This document shows positions 10,403 through 19,821 of a stretch of DNA of 64,000 nt, piece by piece (position 1 is the first letter of the stretch; the number at the start of each line of letters is the position of its first letter). Below the pieces are notes generated by a model. That model made no database searches. It was given only the letters and a program-made list of their open reading frames with translations, and was not told the DNA's origin. This DNA comes from Alphaproteobacteria bacterium (GTDB lineage Bacteria; Pseudomonadota; Alphaproteobacteria; GCA-2731375). The stretch spans positions 17,086-81,085 of the forward strand of contig JASMDX010000075.1 in NCBI GenBank assembly GCA_030752605.1. The letters are read 5' to 3'. Both the position numbers and the translations under genes were made by a program.

Positions 10403-11594
10403 CAGGATTACCCGATAAACGCTCCAACGGCTGGTCGCTGATCGGCCAGTGCAGCGCGGCGGCGGCCAAGCCAAGGGCCACCGAGATGCCCCACATCAGG
10501 TTGTAGGAACCGGTGGCGTCATAAATCAGCCCGCCTAGCCAGGCGCCCGAGAATCCGCCAATCTGATGGCTCATGAAGACCACGCCAAACAGCATGGAAA
10601 AATGCCGTGTGCCAAACACTTGTGCGACGATGCCGGAGGTCAAGGGCACGGTGGCCAGCCAGACCAGTCCCATGCAGGCGCCAAAAATGACCGCCGTGGC
10701 ATCGTTGATTGGTATTAACAGAAACGCCGTCATGATAACGGCACGCAGCAGATAAATCAGCGTCAGGATATTCTTCTTGCGAAAGCGGTCACCGGCGGCG
10801 CCGAAAGCAAAGGCGCCGATAATATTGCACAGACCGATGATCCCCATGGCATAGGCGGCGGCGGTGGTTGAGATGCCATTGTCCGCCAGAAAGGCCGGAA
10901 AATGTGTGGAGATAAAGGTGACGTGGAAACCACAAACAAAAAAGCCGGTGGCTAGTAGAATATAACCCCTGTTCGTCCGCGCCTCGCGGATAGCCTCGCG
11001 CAGGGATTGCGCAGGGCCTTGGCCGCCGCCCAGCGTATTAACTCGTAGCCCGATTGCCAGGAAGGATATCAGGGCAACGAAAATGGCGCATAGTACAAGC
11101 GTCTTGCGCCAGCCAAAAATATCGATCAAACCTTGCACACCCGGTACGAAGAAGAACATGCCGAGCGAGCCCGCTGCGATCACCGCCCCGAACACCACGC
11201 CCCGGCGTTCGTTCGGCACCACCTTACTCAAGGCACCAAGCACGATGACTTGGCTTGCCCCGCTCAGGCCCAGGCCAATCAGAAGGCCAATTGAAATGTA
11301 GAGATCAAAGGCGTTGGAGGCGACGGACGTCCACCACAGGCCCAGGGCGTAGAACAAAGTCCCTGCGACGATAACCTTCACCGCGCCATAGCGGTCGGCG
11401 ATCATGCCTGCGATAGGTTGGGTCAGGCCATAAAGCAGGGTTTGCCCAGCGATAACGAGCCCGAATAACTGTCGCCCAGTATCCAGATCCATCGAGATCG
11501 GGCGCAGAAAGACGCCGAAGGTCAAGCGTAGGCCGTTGCTGGCCAACATGATCAGGATGCCGCAAAGCAACATGATCCATAGCCGCCGTGTCAT
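10392..11594 (-). CDS. MFS transporter
   Basis: 12 TM pattern, GMIADRYG, GFFVCGFH, SHQIGGF. Confidence 0.9.
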   Translation of the reverse strand: MTRRLWIMLLCGILIMLASNGLRLTFGVFLRPISMDLDTGRQLFGLVIAGQTLLYGLTQPIAGMIADRYGAVKVIVAGTLFYALGLWWTSVASNAFDLYISIGLLIGLGLSGASQVIVLGALSKVVPNERRGVVFGAVIAAGSLGMFFFVPGVQGLIDIFGWRKTLVLCAIFVALISFLAIGLRVNTLGGGQGPAQSLREAIREARTNRGYILLATGFFVCGFHVTFISTHFPAFLADNGISTTAAAYAMGIIGLCNIIGAFAFGAAGDRFRKKNILTLIYLLRAVIMTAFLLIPINDATAVIFGACMGLVWLATVPLTSGIVAQVFGTRHFSMLFGVVFMSHQIGGFSGAWLGGLIYDATGSYNLMWGISVALGLAAAALHWPISDQPLERLSGNPVKA

Positions 11595-11757
11595 AACTCT
11601 ATTCCTTCGACCCGCGACCGGCGCAAAACACATAGCTATTCACTGAGCGGCCGAAAGCTTAATTGATTGGCGATTTCCATGGCGTTGCTACTGCCTCGCC
11701 GTGGTTCAGCTACAGCATATAGCGCCGCATGACAATCTTCTTGCATGGGCTTCTCAC

Positions 11758-12471
11758 TCAGGCACCTAAACCCAACTGCTGGGCCAGATCGGGAAAATCA
11801 TTGGCGATGATGTCGTGATGGCTATTGGGTACCGGATCAGGCGGGCCGGCGGCGCCCCATTCGTCAGGGCGTCGCACGAAGCCGGACTTGAAGCCGGCAT
11901 CGCGGGCTGCGTTCAAATCGAAATTGTGACAGGCAACCATCATGATTTCAGCTGGTTCTAACGCTAACCATTTCGCGGCGCGTTCATAGGCGCCGGGCAG
12001 GATCTTGTATTGCCCGATCATTTCGCAGGAGATCACCGCATCCCAGGACAGGCCGTTGCGCTTGGCTGTGTCCACGATCAGGGACACGCTCAGAATGGTG
12101 AAAGAGGCGACGATGTATTTCTCCCGCATCTTGGCCAAGGCGGCGGGGAAATCGGGCCAGCAGTCCAGTTGGTGCCAGCGATACCAAATCGCCTCACGCT
12201 CGACCTCGGTGAAGGCGCCAAGATCATGTTTCTCGATCATCTTGGCTAGTTGCTGGCGATGCACATCGTCGATGTTGAATGTGGCCGGCGCCCCCGCGCC
12301 GGTGTTAACCATTGCCTTGAGGGATGCCGCGCGGTAGTCGTTGGCGATGGTGGCCCAATCCCGCTCCAGCTCGTGGCGGGCACCAGCCTCGGCCAGTATG
12401 GTGGAAATCCCCTTGTGCCAATCCAGAATAGTGCCGCCCGTGTCGAATGTTAGCGCCTTGATGCCATGCAT
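11758..12471 (-). CDS. Haloacid dehalogenase type II (HAD superfamily)
   Basis: FDTGGTILDW motif I, YK, MMVACHNFDL motif. Confidence 0.85.
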   Translation of the reverse strand: MHGIKALTFDTGGTILDWHKGISTILAEAGARHELERDWATIANDYRAASLKAMVNTGAGAPATFNIDDVHRQQLAKMIEKHDLGAFTEVEREAIWYRWHQLDCWPDFPAALAKMREKYIVASFTILSVSLIVDTAKRNGLSWDAVISCEMIGQYKILPGAYERAAKWLALEPAEIMMVACHNFDLNAARDAGFKSGFVRRPDEWGAAGPPDPVPNSHHDIIANDFPDLAQQLGLGA

Positions 12472-12481
12472 TTGGGTTTCC

Positions 12482-13627
12482 TCAGTCAAAGGGCCGCAAC
12501 AGATCACGGCTGATCACCACGTTCTGAATTTCCGTGCTGCCGTCGATGTATTGCGCCATCTTTGCGCAGGCCAGATGGCGGGCCAGCGGGAAGTCGTGCT
12601 TGTAGCCATCAGCGCCCATGGCCTGCATGCATTGGGCGATGCCAGCAAGGGCTGCACGGGTGGCGAATTTCTTGGCGTGTGCCGCCGGGATCGCTGCCGG
12701 CTGCCCGGCGTCAATAGCAGCCAGCGCCGCATAGGCCATCAGGTGCGAGGCATGCAGATCTGTAGCCACGTCGGCCAGCTGCCATTGCACGCCCTGGAAG
12801 TCCAGGATCCGCTGGCCGAAGGCGCGGCGTTCGGCAGCATAGGCCAGGGCCACCTCCAGGCTGTTGGCCATCATGCCGCTACACATGGCGGCGACATTGG
12901 CGCGGGCCAGATCAATCCCGGCCATGGCGCCCTTGAAGCCGTCGCCAGGGGCATACAGCATCGTATCATCAGACACCCTGCAGTTTTCAAAGCGGAAGCC
13001 GCCGGTGCCCATCACATGTGCGCCCATGGTTGAATACGGTGTTTCGCGGATCACGCCGGGCAGGTGCGCCTCGACCATGAATGTGGCGATGCCGCGCCAG
13101 CCCCTTGAAGCATCAGTCTGGGCATAGACGCTCAGCAGATCTGCCGTGGCCGCCGAAGTTATCCAGGCCTTGGCGCCGTTCAGGATCCAGCCATCGCCGT
13201 CCTTGCGCGCCGTGGTCGTCACATTGGCCGCGTCCGAGCCGCTTTGGGGTTCTGTCAACAAAAAGGCGCCCAGGCATTCGCCGGACAGCATATCGGGCAA
13301 ATAGCGTTGCCTCTGCGCATCCGTGCCGCCGTCCGCGATGGCATTCATGAAATTGTTGTGTACGATCATTACGAAGGCATAGCCCATGTCGGCCATGGAC
13401 AATTGCTCCATTGCCCGCGCCATGCCGGCCTTTGACATGCCCTGGCCGCCCAGGCTCTCATCCAGCAGCATGCCGGTCAGGCCGGCTTTGGCGGCGGGGC
13501 GAATGCCATTGTCAGGCATGGTGCGTTCCAGTTCCCACCGGGCTGCGTTGGGGGTGATGGTGTTTGCGGCGAAATCAGCCGCCGCCGCGATCATCCGTTG
13601 TTCCGAAGGGCTAAGCGCGCTATCCAT
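12482..13627 (-). CDS. Acyl-CoA dehydrogenase
   Basis: LTEPQSGSDA, LNGAKAWIT, RRAFGQ, QAMGADG, YIDGSTEIQ. Real start is MDSALS after GGAG; the longer ORF overlaps tmk. Confidence 0.9.
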   Translation of the reverse strand: MDSALSPSEQRMIAAAADFAANTITPNAARWELERTMPDNGIRPAAKAGLTGMLLDESLGGQGMSKAGMARAMEQLSMADMGYAFVMIVHNNFMNAIADGGTDAQRQRYLPDMLSGECLGAFLLTEPQSGSDAANVTTTARKDGDGWILNGAKAWITSAATADLLSVYAQTDASRGWRGIATFMVEAHLPGVIRETPYSTMGAHVMGTGGFRFENCRVSDDTMLYAPGDGFKGAMAGIDLARANVAAMCSGMMANSLEVALAYAAERRAFGQRILDFQGVQWQLADVATDLHASHLMAYAALAAIDAGQPAAIPAAHAKKFATRAALAGIAQCMQAMGADGYKHDFPLARHLACAKMAQYIDGSTEIQNVVISRDLLRPFD

Positions 13628-13672
13628 GGCGTACTCCACTGTGCTGCCAGAAAAGAGGGATAGACTAGCATC

Positions 13673-14347
13673 ATGCTTCTTGCCATTGAAGGCATTGACG
13701 GCGCCGGCAAGGGAACCCTGTGCCGCGAATTGCTGGCCCGCGCCGAGGCAGCGGGAATCAGTGCCGCCGCGCTGTCCTTTCCGCGTTACGAGCAGACCCA
13801 ATTTTCCGATCTGATCGGGCGCTATCTGCGTGGCGAAATGGGCGAGATCGACCAGGTGCCCGTTCGCTATACTGCCCTGCTGTATGGTGGTGACCGTTTT
13901 GAAAGCCGTGGTCAGCTGTTGGAATTGATCGCGGCCCACGATTTGGTGATCCTGGACCGCTATGTTGCCTCCAATATCGCCTATAACGCGGCTAAGGTCC
14001 CCGAGAATGAGCGCGTCGGTTTGATCTCTTGGATTGAGCAGTTGGAATTCGATCTGTTTGCGCTGCCGCGGCCAGACCTCACCCTGCTGCTGGCGACCTC
14101 CACCGTCTTGGCGGATCGCCTGATCGGCCAGAAAGCCGCCCGCAGCTATACCGAAGAGACCCGTGACCTGCACGAAGCCGACCGCGACTTCCTCTCCATC
14201 GTGGCGGATGTCTATGGCGGCTTAGCTGCAGCGGGCGGTGATCGCTGGCTTCGTGTCGAACCCTTGGCCGCTGATGGCACGCTGCGACCACCGGCCGACA
14301 TCGCGGCCACGGTCTGGCAACATCCCGGCCTTGCGGCGTTAGGGTAG
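13673..14347 (+). CDS. tmk: Thymidylate (dTMP) kinase, FPRY type
   Basis: P-loop EGIDGAGKGT, LSFPRY, DRYVASN, LPRPD. Confidence 0.85.
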   Translation: MLLAIEGIDGAGKGTLCRELLARAEAAGISAAALSFPRYEQTQFSDLIGRYLRGEMGEIDQVPVRYTALLYGGDRFESRGQLLELIAAHDLVILDRYVASNIAYNAAKVPENERVGLISWIEQLEFDLFALPRPDLTLLLATSTVLADRLIGQKAARSYTEETRDLHEADRDFLSIVADVYGGLAAAGGDRWLRVEPLAADGTLRPPADIAATVWQHPGLAALG

Positions 14348-14683
14348 GTCCAGGTTCACGATCACGGCGGCGGAGGCAATCACGGCCATGTCACCGACGG
14401 CTTCATCGGGTACATCCAGGCCACCCTTGACCACATTCACTGTCACCGCGCCGTAGGGCAGGGCGGCTTGCACCGCCTTTTGGTCGACTTCATCAGGTTG
14501 CTGTACGCCGATGGTGACGTCCACGAACATGGCGGTCTTGGGATCGACGCCAAGGGTGTGGAGCATGCTGAGAGAGGAATGATGCAAGGCATCATCCACG
14601 GCGCGCAGGGCGGCCTTGGTATAGTTGCCGCCGTGTAGGTCATTGCCGGCACCCATTTCCAATATAACGCGTCTTTTGCTCAT
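14339..14683 (-). CDS. Lin0512 family protein
   Basis: LEMGAGNDLHG..YTKAALRAV.DA, LPYG, VKGGL. Confidence 0.85.
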   Translation of the reverse strand: MSKRRVILEMGAGNDLHGGNYTKAALRAVDDALHHSSLSMLHTLGVDPKTAMFVDVTIGVQQPDEVDQKAVQAALPYGAVTVNVVKGGLDVPDEAVGDMAVIASAAVIVNLDLP

Positions 14684-14695
14684 GTTGATACTCCT

Positions 14696-15037
14696 CTACA
14701 CCACATCCAGGTACACTACGGCAGCGGCATGGGCCAATAGAGTGGCATCCGTGCCTTCCATATTGGGAATTTTCAGCCCTCCCTCGACCACGTCAACCGT
14801 GCCAGTACCATGGGGCAAAACAGCCTGTACCGCCGCTTTATCCACCTGCTCCGGATCGGGCACGCCGATGGTGACGGCCACTTGCATGGAATCCACATCC
14901 AGATCCAGCGCTTTCGCCACGGTCAGTGAGTTATGCCAGAGCGCGTCCCTAAGCGCGCGCACAGCTGCCTTGGTCGGATCCGTGCCGCGAATATCGGTAC
15001 CCATGCCAATTTCCAGCACCATGCGCTTCATCGCCAT
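14696..15037 (-). CDS. Lin0512 family protein
   Basis: LEIGMGTDIRG.DPTKAAVRALRDA, LPHG, VEGGL. Start after GGAGA. Confidence 0.85.
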   Translation of the reverse strand: MAMKRMVLEIGMGTDIRGTDPTKAAVRALRDALWHNSLTVAKALDLDVDSMQVAVTIGVPDPEQVDKAAVQAVLPHGTGTVDVVEGGLKIPNMEGTDATLLAHAAAVVYLDVV

Positions 15038-15127
15038 ATTGCAATCTCTCCATTTCCACAATTCCATGAAGTGTAGATCAGATATACTAGGTTGTCCGAT
15101 AAACTCTGAATTGGTCTATGATGGTGC

Positions 15128-15940
15128 ATGGCAGATCTGCGAATTTTTTCATACATGCCCAATCCGCGCATTTGGAAGGCGACCATTGCCGCGCGCCTTT
15201 GCGGCGTGGAGCTGGACTTGCGTGGGGCCAAGCCAGGTCAACTGGCCGAATGGCTTTGGGATTTCGATGCCCATCCCCTGACCGAGGCGGACCGGCGAGC
15301 TGGCAGCCCGTTTGCCCGGCAGAGCCGTACCGGATTTTCCGGGCAGCTCTATAAGACCGACGCTTTCTTGGCGGCGCACCCCTTTGGCACGGTGCCGGCG
15401 GCTTTCAGTCCCGATGGCGAGGTTGGTATATTCGAATCCAACAGCATCGCCCGCACGGTGGCGCGCCTGCGCCGCCACGGTCCCCAGCTATACGGCGATG
15501 ACGCCTATTCGGCGGCCCGCATAGACAGCTTTCTTGATGTCAGCTTGATCTTCGCCCGCGATGGGCAGAACTATCTTCTGGCCCTGAATGGCGGCGTCAT
15601 TGACGCGAATATACATTGCCAGGCCGCCAAGGCCTTTGAAATCTATCTGAGTGGCATGGAGGCGGCACTGTCATCCGAGCATGGTTATCTGGTCGGCGAT
15701 GATCTGACCCTGGCCGATATTGTTTTCGCGGCGGAACTATGTTCGTTCGCACGCGAGGCGGCGCATTTGGAGCGGCTAGCGGCGCGGAACTTGCCGGAAA
15801 TCTTCCATGGTGCCGTCGCCGACGATTATCCTGCCGCCCTGGATCATTTTGCAAGGCTGCGTGCCCACGAAGCGTTTGCTCCGGATATAGAGCCTTTCAT
15901 GGAGAAACTCGAAATGCGGCGGCGGACAGCCGAAAGTTAA
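15128..15940 (+). CDS. Glutathione S-transferase family protein
   Basis: PFGTVPA, FESNSIAR, C-terminal YLVGDDLTLADI. Confidence 0.82.
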   Translation: MADLRIFSYMPNPRIWKATIAARLCGVELDLRGAKPGQLAEWLWDFDAHPLTEADRRAGSPFARQSRTGFSGQLYKTDAFLAAHPFGTVPAAFSPDGEVGIFESNSIARTVARLRRHGPQLYGDDAYSAARIDSFLDVSLIFARDGQNYLLALNGGVIDANIHCQAAKAFEIYLSGMEAALSSEHGYLVGDDLTLADIVFAAELCSFAREAAHLERLAARNLPEIFHGAVADDYPAALDHFARLRAHEAFAPDIEPFMEKLEMRRRTAES

Positions 15941-16215
15941 TGCCTTGATTGCGTTGGCGGCGCTTCGACGGCCAGCTCAATGTCGTCTTCGGCGCCCATG
16001 GCGCCTGTGGACGCGGCGGCAAGGATCTCTCCGGCGGTCGAGCCGGCTGAGGTCGCGGCATAGGCGGCGAATTCCAACAGGGTCAGCGCCATGCATTTCG
16101 GGCAGATATTTTCCTGAATCATAGCCGTCATAAGGTCGCCACCAACCGATTTGTCGATCAACTGACGGATTTCTTCCTCGCATTCGTCGGCATGTTTGAA
16201 ATCGTCGTCGTCCAT
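15937..16215 (-). CDS. Small acidic hypothetical protein with CxxC
   Basis: 92 aa, plausible composition, ICPKC motif, fills the gap between GST and ubiD. Confidence 0.65.
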   Translation of the reverse strand: MDDDDFKHADECEEEIRQLIDKSVGGDLMTAMIQENICPKCMALTLLEFAAYAATSAGSTAGEILAAASTGAMGAEDDIELAVEAPPTQSRH

Positions 16216-16333
16216 GATAGCCCAATCCAGCCTGATTTGGTCTCAGCCACCCCGAAGCATAGCAGACAAGCGGGCCCAAAAATATCTAGAACTGAACCAG
16301 TATTGTGGCGCTATTGTGCTATTCGGCAGGTCT

Positions 16334-17848
16334 TTACCGCCAGATTGGCCGTCCCGATCCAGGCAGGCCGTAGTCGGCCCATTTTTCGCTAACGTCGGCG
16401 ATCACTTCGTCGCTCATGCGTAGCCGTTTGCCCCAGGTCCGCTTGGTCTCGGGAGGTATCTTGACGGTGGCGTCGAGGCCGAGTTTGCCGCCCAAGCCCA
16501 CCTCGGGCGAGGCAAAATCGAGATAATCGATGGGCGTGTCTTCAATTACCAGGCTATCGCGGCCCGGATCCATGCGGGTGGCGACGGCCCACATCACATC
16601 TTTCCAGTTGCGCGCGTCAATATCATCGTCGACCACGATGGCCAGCTTGGTGTAGGTGAATTGGCGCAGGTACGACCAGACTGCCATCATGATGCGCCGG
16701 GCATGTCCGGGGTAGGCTTTGCGAATGGAGACAACCGCGATGCGGTAGGAACAGGCCTCCGGTGGCAGCCAAAAATCAACGATTTCAGGAAATTGTAGCT
16801 GCAGGATCGGGATATAGAGCTCGTTCAGGGCCATAGACATGACCGCCGGCTCGTCGGGCGGCGGTCCGGTGTAGGTGGAGAGGTAGGTCGGCTTCCTGCG
16901 CATGGTGACCGCGCTGAGGGTGAAGACCGGGAACGACGCCACCGCGTTCAGGTGCCCAGTATGGTCCCCATAGGGTCCTTCGTCGCCGAATTCTTCATGC
17001 GAGACATGGCCTTCCAGGACGATCTCGGCTTCCGCCGGTACTTGCAACGGCACCGTCAGGCAATTCGCCATGCCGATCCGGCGGCCCCTTAAAAGACCAG
17101 CGAATTGATATTCCGACAAAGTATCAGGCAGCGGCGTTACCCCTGCGAGCATTGTGCAGGGATCCGCCCCGATGGCTGCGGCCACCGGCATCGGCTTGCC
17201 GTGAGCCTCGACCCAGCGGCGGTAATGCTGTGCCCCGCCCCGATGTGACATCCAGCGCATCAATACCTTGTTGCGGTCGATCACTTGCATTCGGTAGATG
17301 CCGATATTGTATTGATCCTCGGCGCTCTTGCCCGGTCCCTTGGTGATTATCATGGGCCAGATAATCAATGGCGCGGGCTCGCCCGGCCAGCAACGCGGGA
17401 TAGGCAGCCGGGCCAGATCGATCTCGCTACCGCGCCAGGTAATCTCCTGGCAGGGTGGTATCTTGCGCCGCGTTTTTTTTGGGGTCATCGCCCCGACCCG
17501 TTTTAGCAGCGGCATGGCGTCCGCTATGTCTTTCAGATTAGCCGGTGGCGAAGGTTGATGCAGGGCGGCCAGCATTTCACCGACCTGGCGCAATTCATCG
17601 GCCTTGCGCCCCATTGCCATGGCGACGCGGTCGACCGTGCCGAATAGATTGACCAGCACCGGCGTATCGTAGGTCTGGCCGTCCGGGCCGATGGGATTTT
17701 CAAATAGTGCCGCCGGTCCGCCTTCGGCCAGCAGGCGGGTCTGGATTTCGGTCATTTCCAGGGATGTCGAGACCGGCGTCTTGATCCGCACCAACTGTTT
17801 TTCTTTTTCCAGCCGGTCGATAAATTTGCCGAGGGTAAGGTCGATCAT
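16334..17848 (-). CDS. ubiD: UbiD-family (prFMN) decarboxylase
   Basis: NLFGT, NIGIYRMQV, EIVLEG, EGPYGDHTG, PPEACSYR, DYLDFASP, GGKLGLDAT. Start MIDLT after AAGGCGGAG. Confidence 0.88.
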   Translation of the reverse strand: MIDLTLGKFIDRLEKEKQLVRIKTPVSTSLEMTEIQTRLLAEGGPAALFENPIGPDGQTYDTPVLVNLFGTVDRVAMAMGRKADELRQVGEMLAALHQPSPPANLKDIADAMPLLKRVGAMTPKKTRRKIPPCQEITWRGSEIDLARLPIPRCWPGEPAPLIIWPMIITKGPGKSAEDQYNIGIYRMQVIDRNKVLMRWMSHRGGAQHYRRWVEAHGKPMPVAAAIGADPCTMLAGVTPLPDTLSEYQFAGLLRGRRIGMANCLTVPLQVPAEAEIVLEGHVSHEEFGDEGPYGDHTGHLNAVASFPVFTLSAVTMRRKPTYLSTYTGPPPDEPAVMSMALNELYIPILQLQFPEIVDFWLPPEACSYRIAVVSIRKAYPGHARRIMMAVWSYLRQFTYTKLAIVVDDDIDARNWKDVMWAVATRMDPGRDSLVIEDTPIDYLDFASPEVGLGGKLGLDATVKIPPETKRTWGKRLRMSDEVIADVSEKWADYGLPGSGRPIWR

Positions 17849-17858
17849 CGCTCCGCCT

Positions 17859-18794
17859 TTACTCAGCCGCCGCTTCGACCCAAAGCCGGCCTTCTTGGCC
17901 ATGCAGGTAGCCATTGGCCAAGGGTACATCGCCGATGATCTCGTCCAGACGCGCCTCCGCTTCCTCCACCGCCATTGCATCGTCGAGTGCGCTGCGGAAC
18001 AGCGCGGCGACCTGCACCATGTCACAACTGTGCGGCCATAGCCGGAAGCTGTCGATCCCGGCGGCTTTCAACGCGGGCAGTTCAGCCAGCAGGCTGCAAT
18101 AGGTGTCGGACAGGGTCTGCGTGCCATTGATGGCCAGGAAAGGCTCGTCATCCAGGGTCTCGATGGTCAGGCCGTCGGGATCATTACCGCAAACGAATTG
18201 GCAGCCGTCCTTGTGCAGATCATGGGCCCGCGCGTGATAGCAGCGGGCCGAAATCGCCAGGGGCAGCCGGCCAAAAACCTGCACCTCCAGCGATACATCC
18301 TTGACGGCTTTGGTTTGGCCCAGGGCTTCGAGGGTGTCGAGCGAAAGCTCCGCCGGTAGCGAGATCCGATAGGCACCGCGCTTGGCCAGGTAGTTGATGG
18401 TGCCTCCGTTGTAGGCATTGACGAAAGGTCCGATAACGTGGCGCCGCCCGGCCAGCAGTGATGCGGTGGAAATATCATTGGCCTCGAAGGTCAGATCCGC
18501 GTCGACGGTGGTCTGTTTGATCTCATCCATCTCCTCCGCCGTCATGATCAACGCCAGGGTCGAGAGCACGACATCCTTGCCGGCCTTTTTCAGGCGCTCA
18601 TGCACCGCCGCGATATGCGGCAGGATAAATGGCCGCCGTTTGGCGCAAACAACCTCGCCCAGATAGACCGTTTCGATGTCCGCTTCGTCGGCGATGCGGA
18701 AATAGAAATCCCGCCAGCGTTCCGCATCCCAATGAAACAGCGTTGGTCCCAATGCCAGGCTGGTGGTTGATTTGGCCGCTTTCCGGTTTGTCAT
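17859..18794 (-). CDS. ubiV: U32-family O2-independent ubiquinone hydroxylation protein UbiV
   Basis: LALGP..FHW, YLGEVVCAKRR, LAISARC, GCQFVC (four Fe-S Cys), INGTQT. Confidence 0.9.
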   Translation of the reverse strand: MTNRKAAKSTTSLALGPTLFHWDAERWRDFYFRIADEADIETVYLGEVVCAKRRPFILPHIAAVHERLKKAGKDVVLSTLALIMTAEEMDEIKQTTVDADLTFEANDISTASLLAGRRHVIGPFVNAYNGGTINYLAKRGAYRISLPAELSLDTLEALGQTKAVKDVSLEVQVFGRLPLAISARCYHARAHDLHKDGCQFVCGNDPDGLTIETLDDEPFLAINGTQTLSDTYCSLLAELPALKAAGIDSFRLWPHSCDMVQVAALFRSALDDAMAVEEAEARLDEIIGDVPLANGYLHGQEGRLWVEAAAE

Positions 18795-19819
18795 CGCCAG
18801 GCCCTCCGATAGGCGCCGGAGGTTTCGCGCTGGCCCTCGGTCACATCCGCCAACTGGGGCATCTCGGGGATCGGCTCGCCCCGGCGGCAGGCGTCGATGG
18901 CGGCGCGGAAGGCCGCGACCACTTGTGCCGTGTAGGCGCGGCCGCGCTGCCGGCCCTCGATCTTCAAGGCGGAAACGCCGGCGGCCATCAACTCCGGCAA
19001 CAAGGGCAGGACGTTGAGGGAGGTCGGTGCCTCGAACAGGTACGAGGCGCGGCCGTCAGCCACGAAACGGCCCTTGCACAGGGTGGGATAACCGGCGGCG
19101 TCGCTTTGCTGAAAGATGTTGATGGTGAAATCGCCCAGTCGCGAGACCATCTCGGAGCCACGCTCCTCATAGCGGACATGGCTGGCGGGCGAACACACCC
19201 CGGTGATATTGGGTGACTTGCCGGTAACGTAGGACGACAGCAGGCACCGCCCCTCGGCCATGGGGCACATGCCGCCAAAGGCGAAAACTTCCGTCTCCAC
19301 CGGGATCTGGCTGTTCAACTCGGCGATATCCTCCACCGTCAGAACCCTGGGCAGGACCACGCGGCGTACGCCGAATGCCTCGTGATAAAAGCGGATCGCC
19401 TCGGCGTTCGAGGCCGAGGCCTGCACGGATAGATGCAGGCGCAAATCCGGGTGCTGCCTGGCCGCGTAGTCGAGGATGCCAATATCGGCCAGGATAACCG
19501 CGTCAACGCCTAGGTCGGCGGCGCAATCGATGGCGCGGTGCCAGGCCTCGGGCGCACCGGCGCGGGGAAAGGTGTTGATGGCGACAAAGACCATGCAGTA
19601 GCGCGCGTGGGCATATTCCAGGCCGTCCGCCAGTTCTTCCGGGCTGAAATTTAGGCCGGGGAAATTGCGCGCGTTGGTTTCGTCACGAAAGCCGAGATAG
19701 ACCGCTTCCGCCCCGGCATCGACGGCGGCCCGCAACGCCGCCGGCGTGCCCGCCGGGCAGATTAGTTCCAGATCACCCAAAATGGTTTCGGGTTTGGCTT
19801 TGGCACCGGTTGTGGCCAT
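18791..19819 (-). CDS. ubiU: U32-family O2-independent ubiquinone hydroxylation protein UbiU
   Basis: ELICPAG, TNARNFPGLNF, LHLSVQAS, CPMAEGRC..GVCSP..PTLCKGRF, LKIEGRQR. Confidence 0.92.
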   Translation of the reverse strand: MATTGAKAKPETILGDLELICPAGTPAALRAAVDAGAEAVYLGFRDETNARNFPGLNFSPEELADGLEYAHARYCMVFVAINTFPRAGAPEAWHRAIDCAADLGVDAVILADIGILDYAARQHPDLRLHLSVQASASNAEAIRFYHEAFGVRRVVLPRVLTVEDIAELNSQIPVETEVFAFGGMCPMAEGRCLLSSYVTGKSPNITGVCSPASHVRYEERGSEMVSRLGDFTINIFQQSDAAGYPTLCKGRFVADGRASYLFEAPTSLNVLPLLPELMAAGVSALKIEGRQRGRAYTAQVVAAFRAAIDACRRGEPIPEMPQLADVTEGQRETSGAYRRAWR

Positions 19820-19821
19820 GT

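Noticed and set aside
11641-11660. CTGAGCGGCCGAAAGC resembles a tRNA-Ser D-arm or a hammerhead core
   Set aside because: No acceptor stem, T-loop (GTTCGA) or hammerhead stems flank it.
12482-14173. Apparent 563-aa ACAD with long N-terminal extension (likewise UbiD to 18025, AtzH to 27914, FAH to 42566)
   Set aside because: The extensions overlap neighbouring real genes or spacers, and internal starts with RBS or stop-start coupling fit the family lengths.
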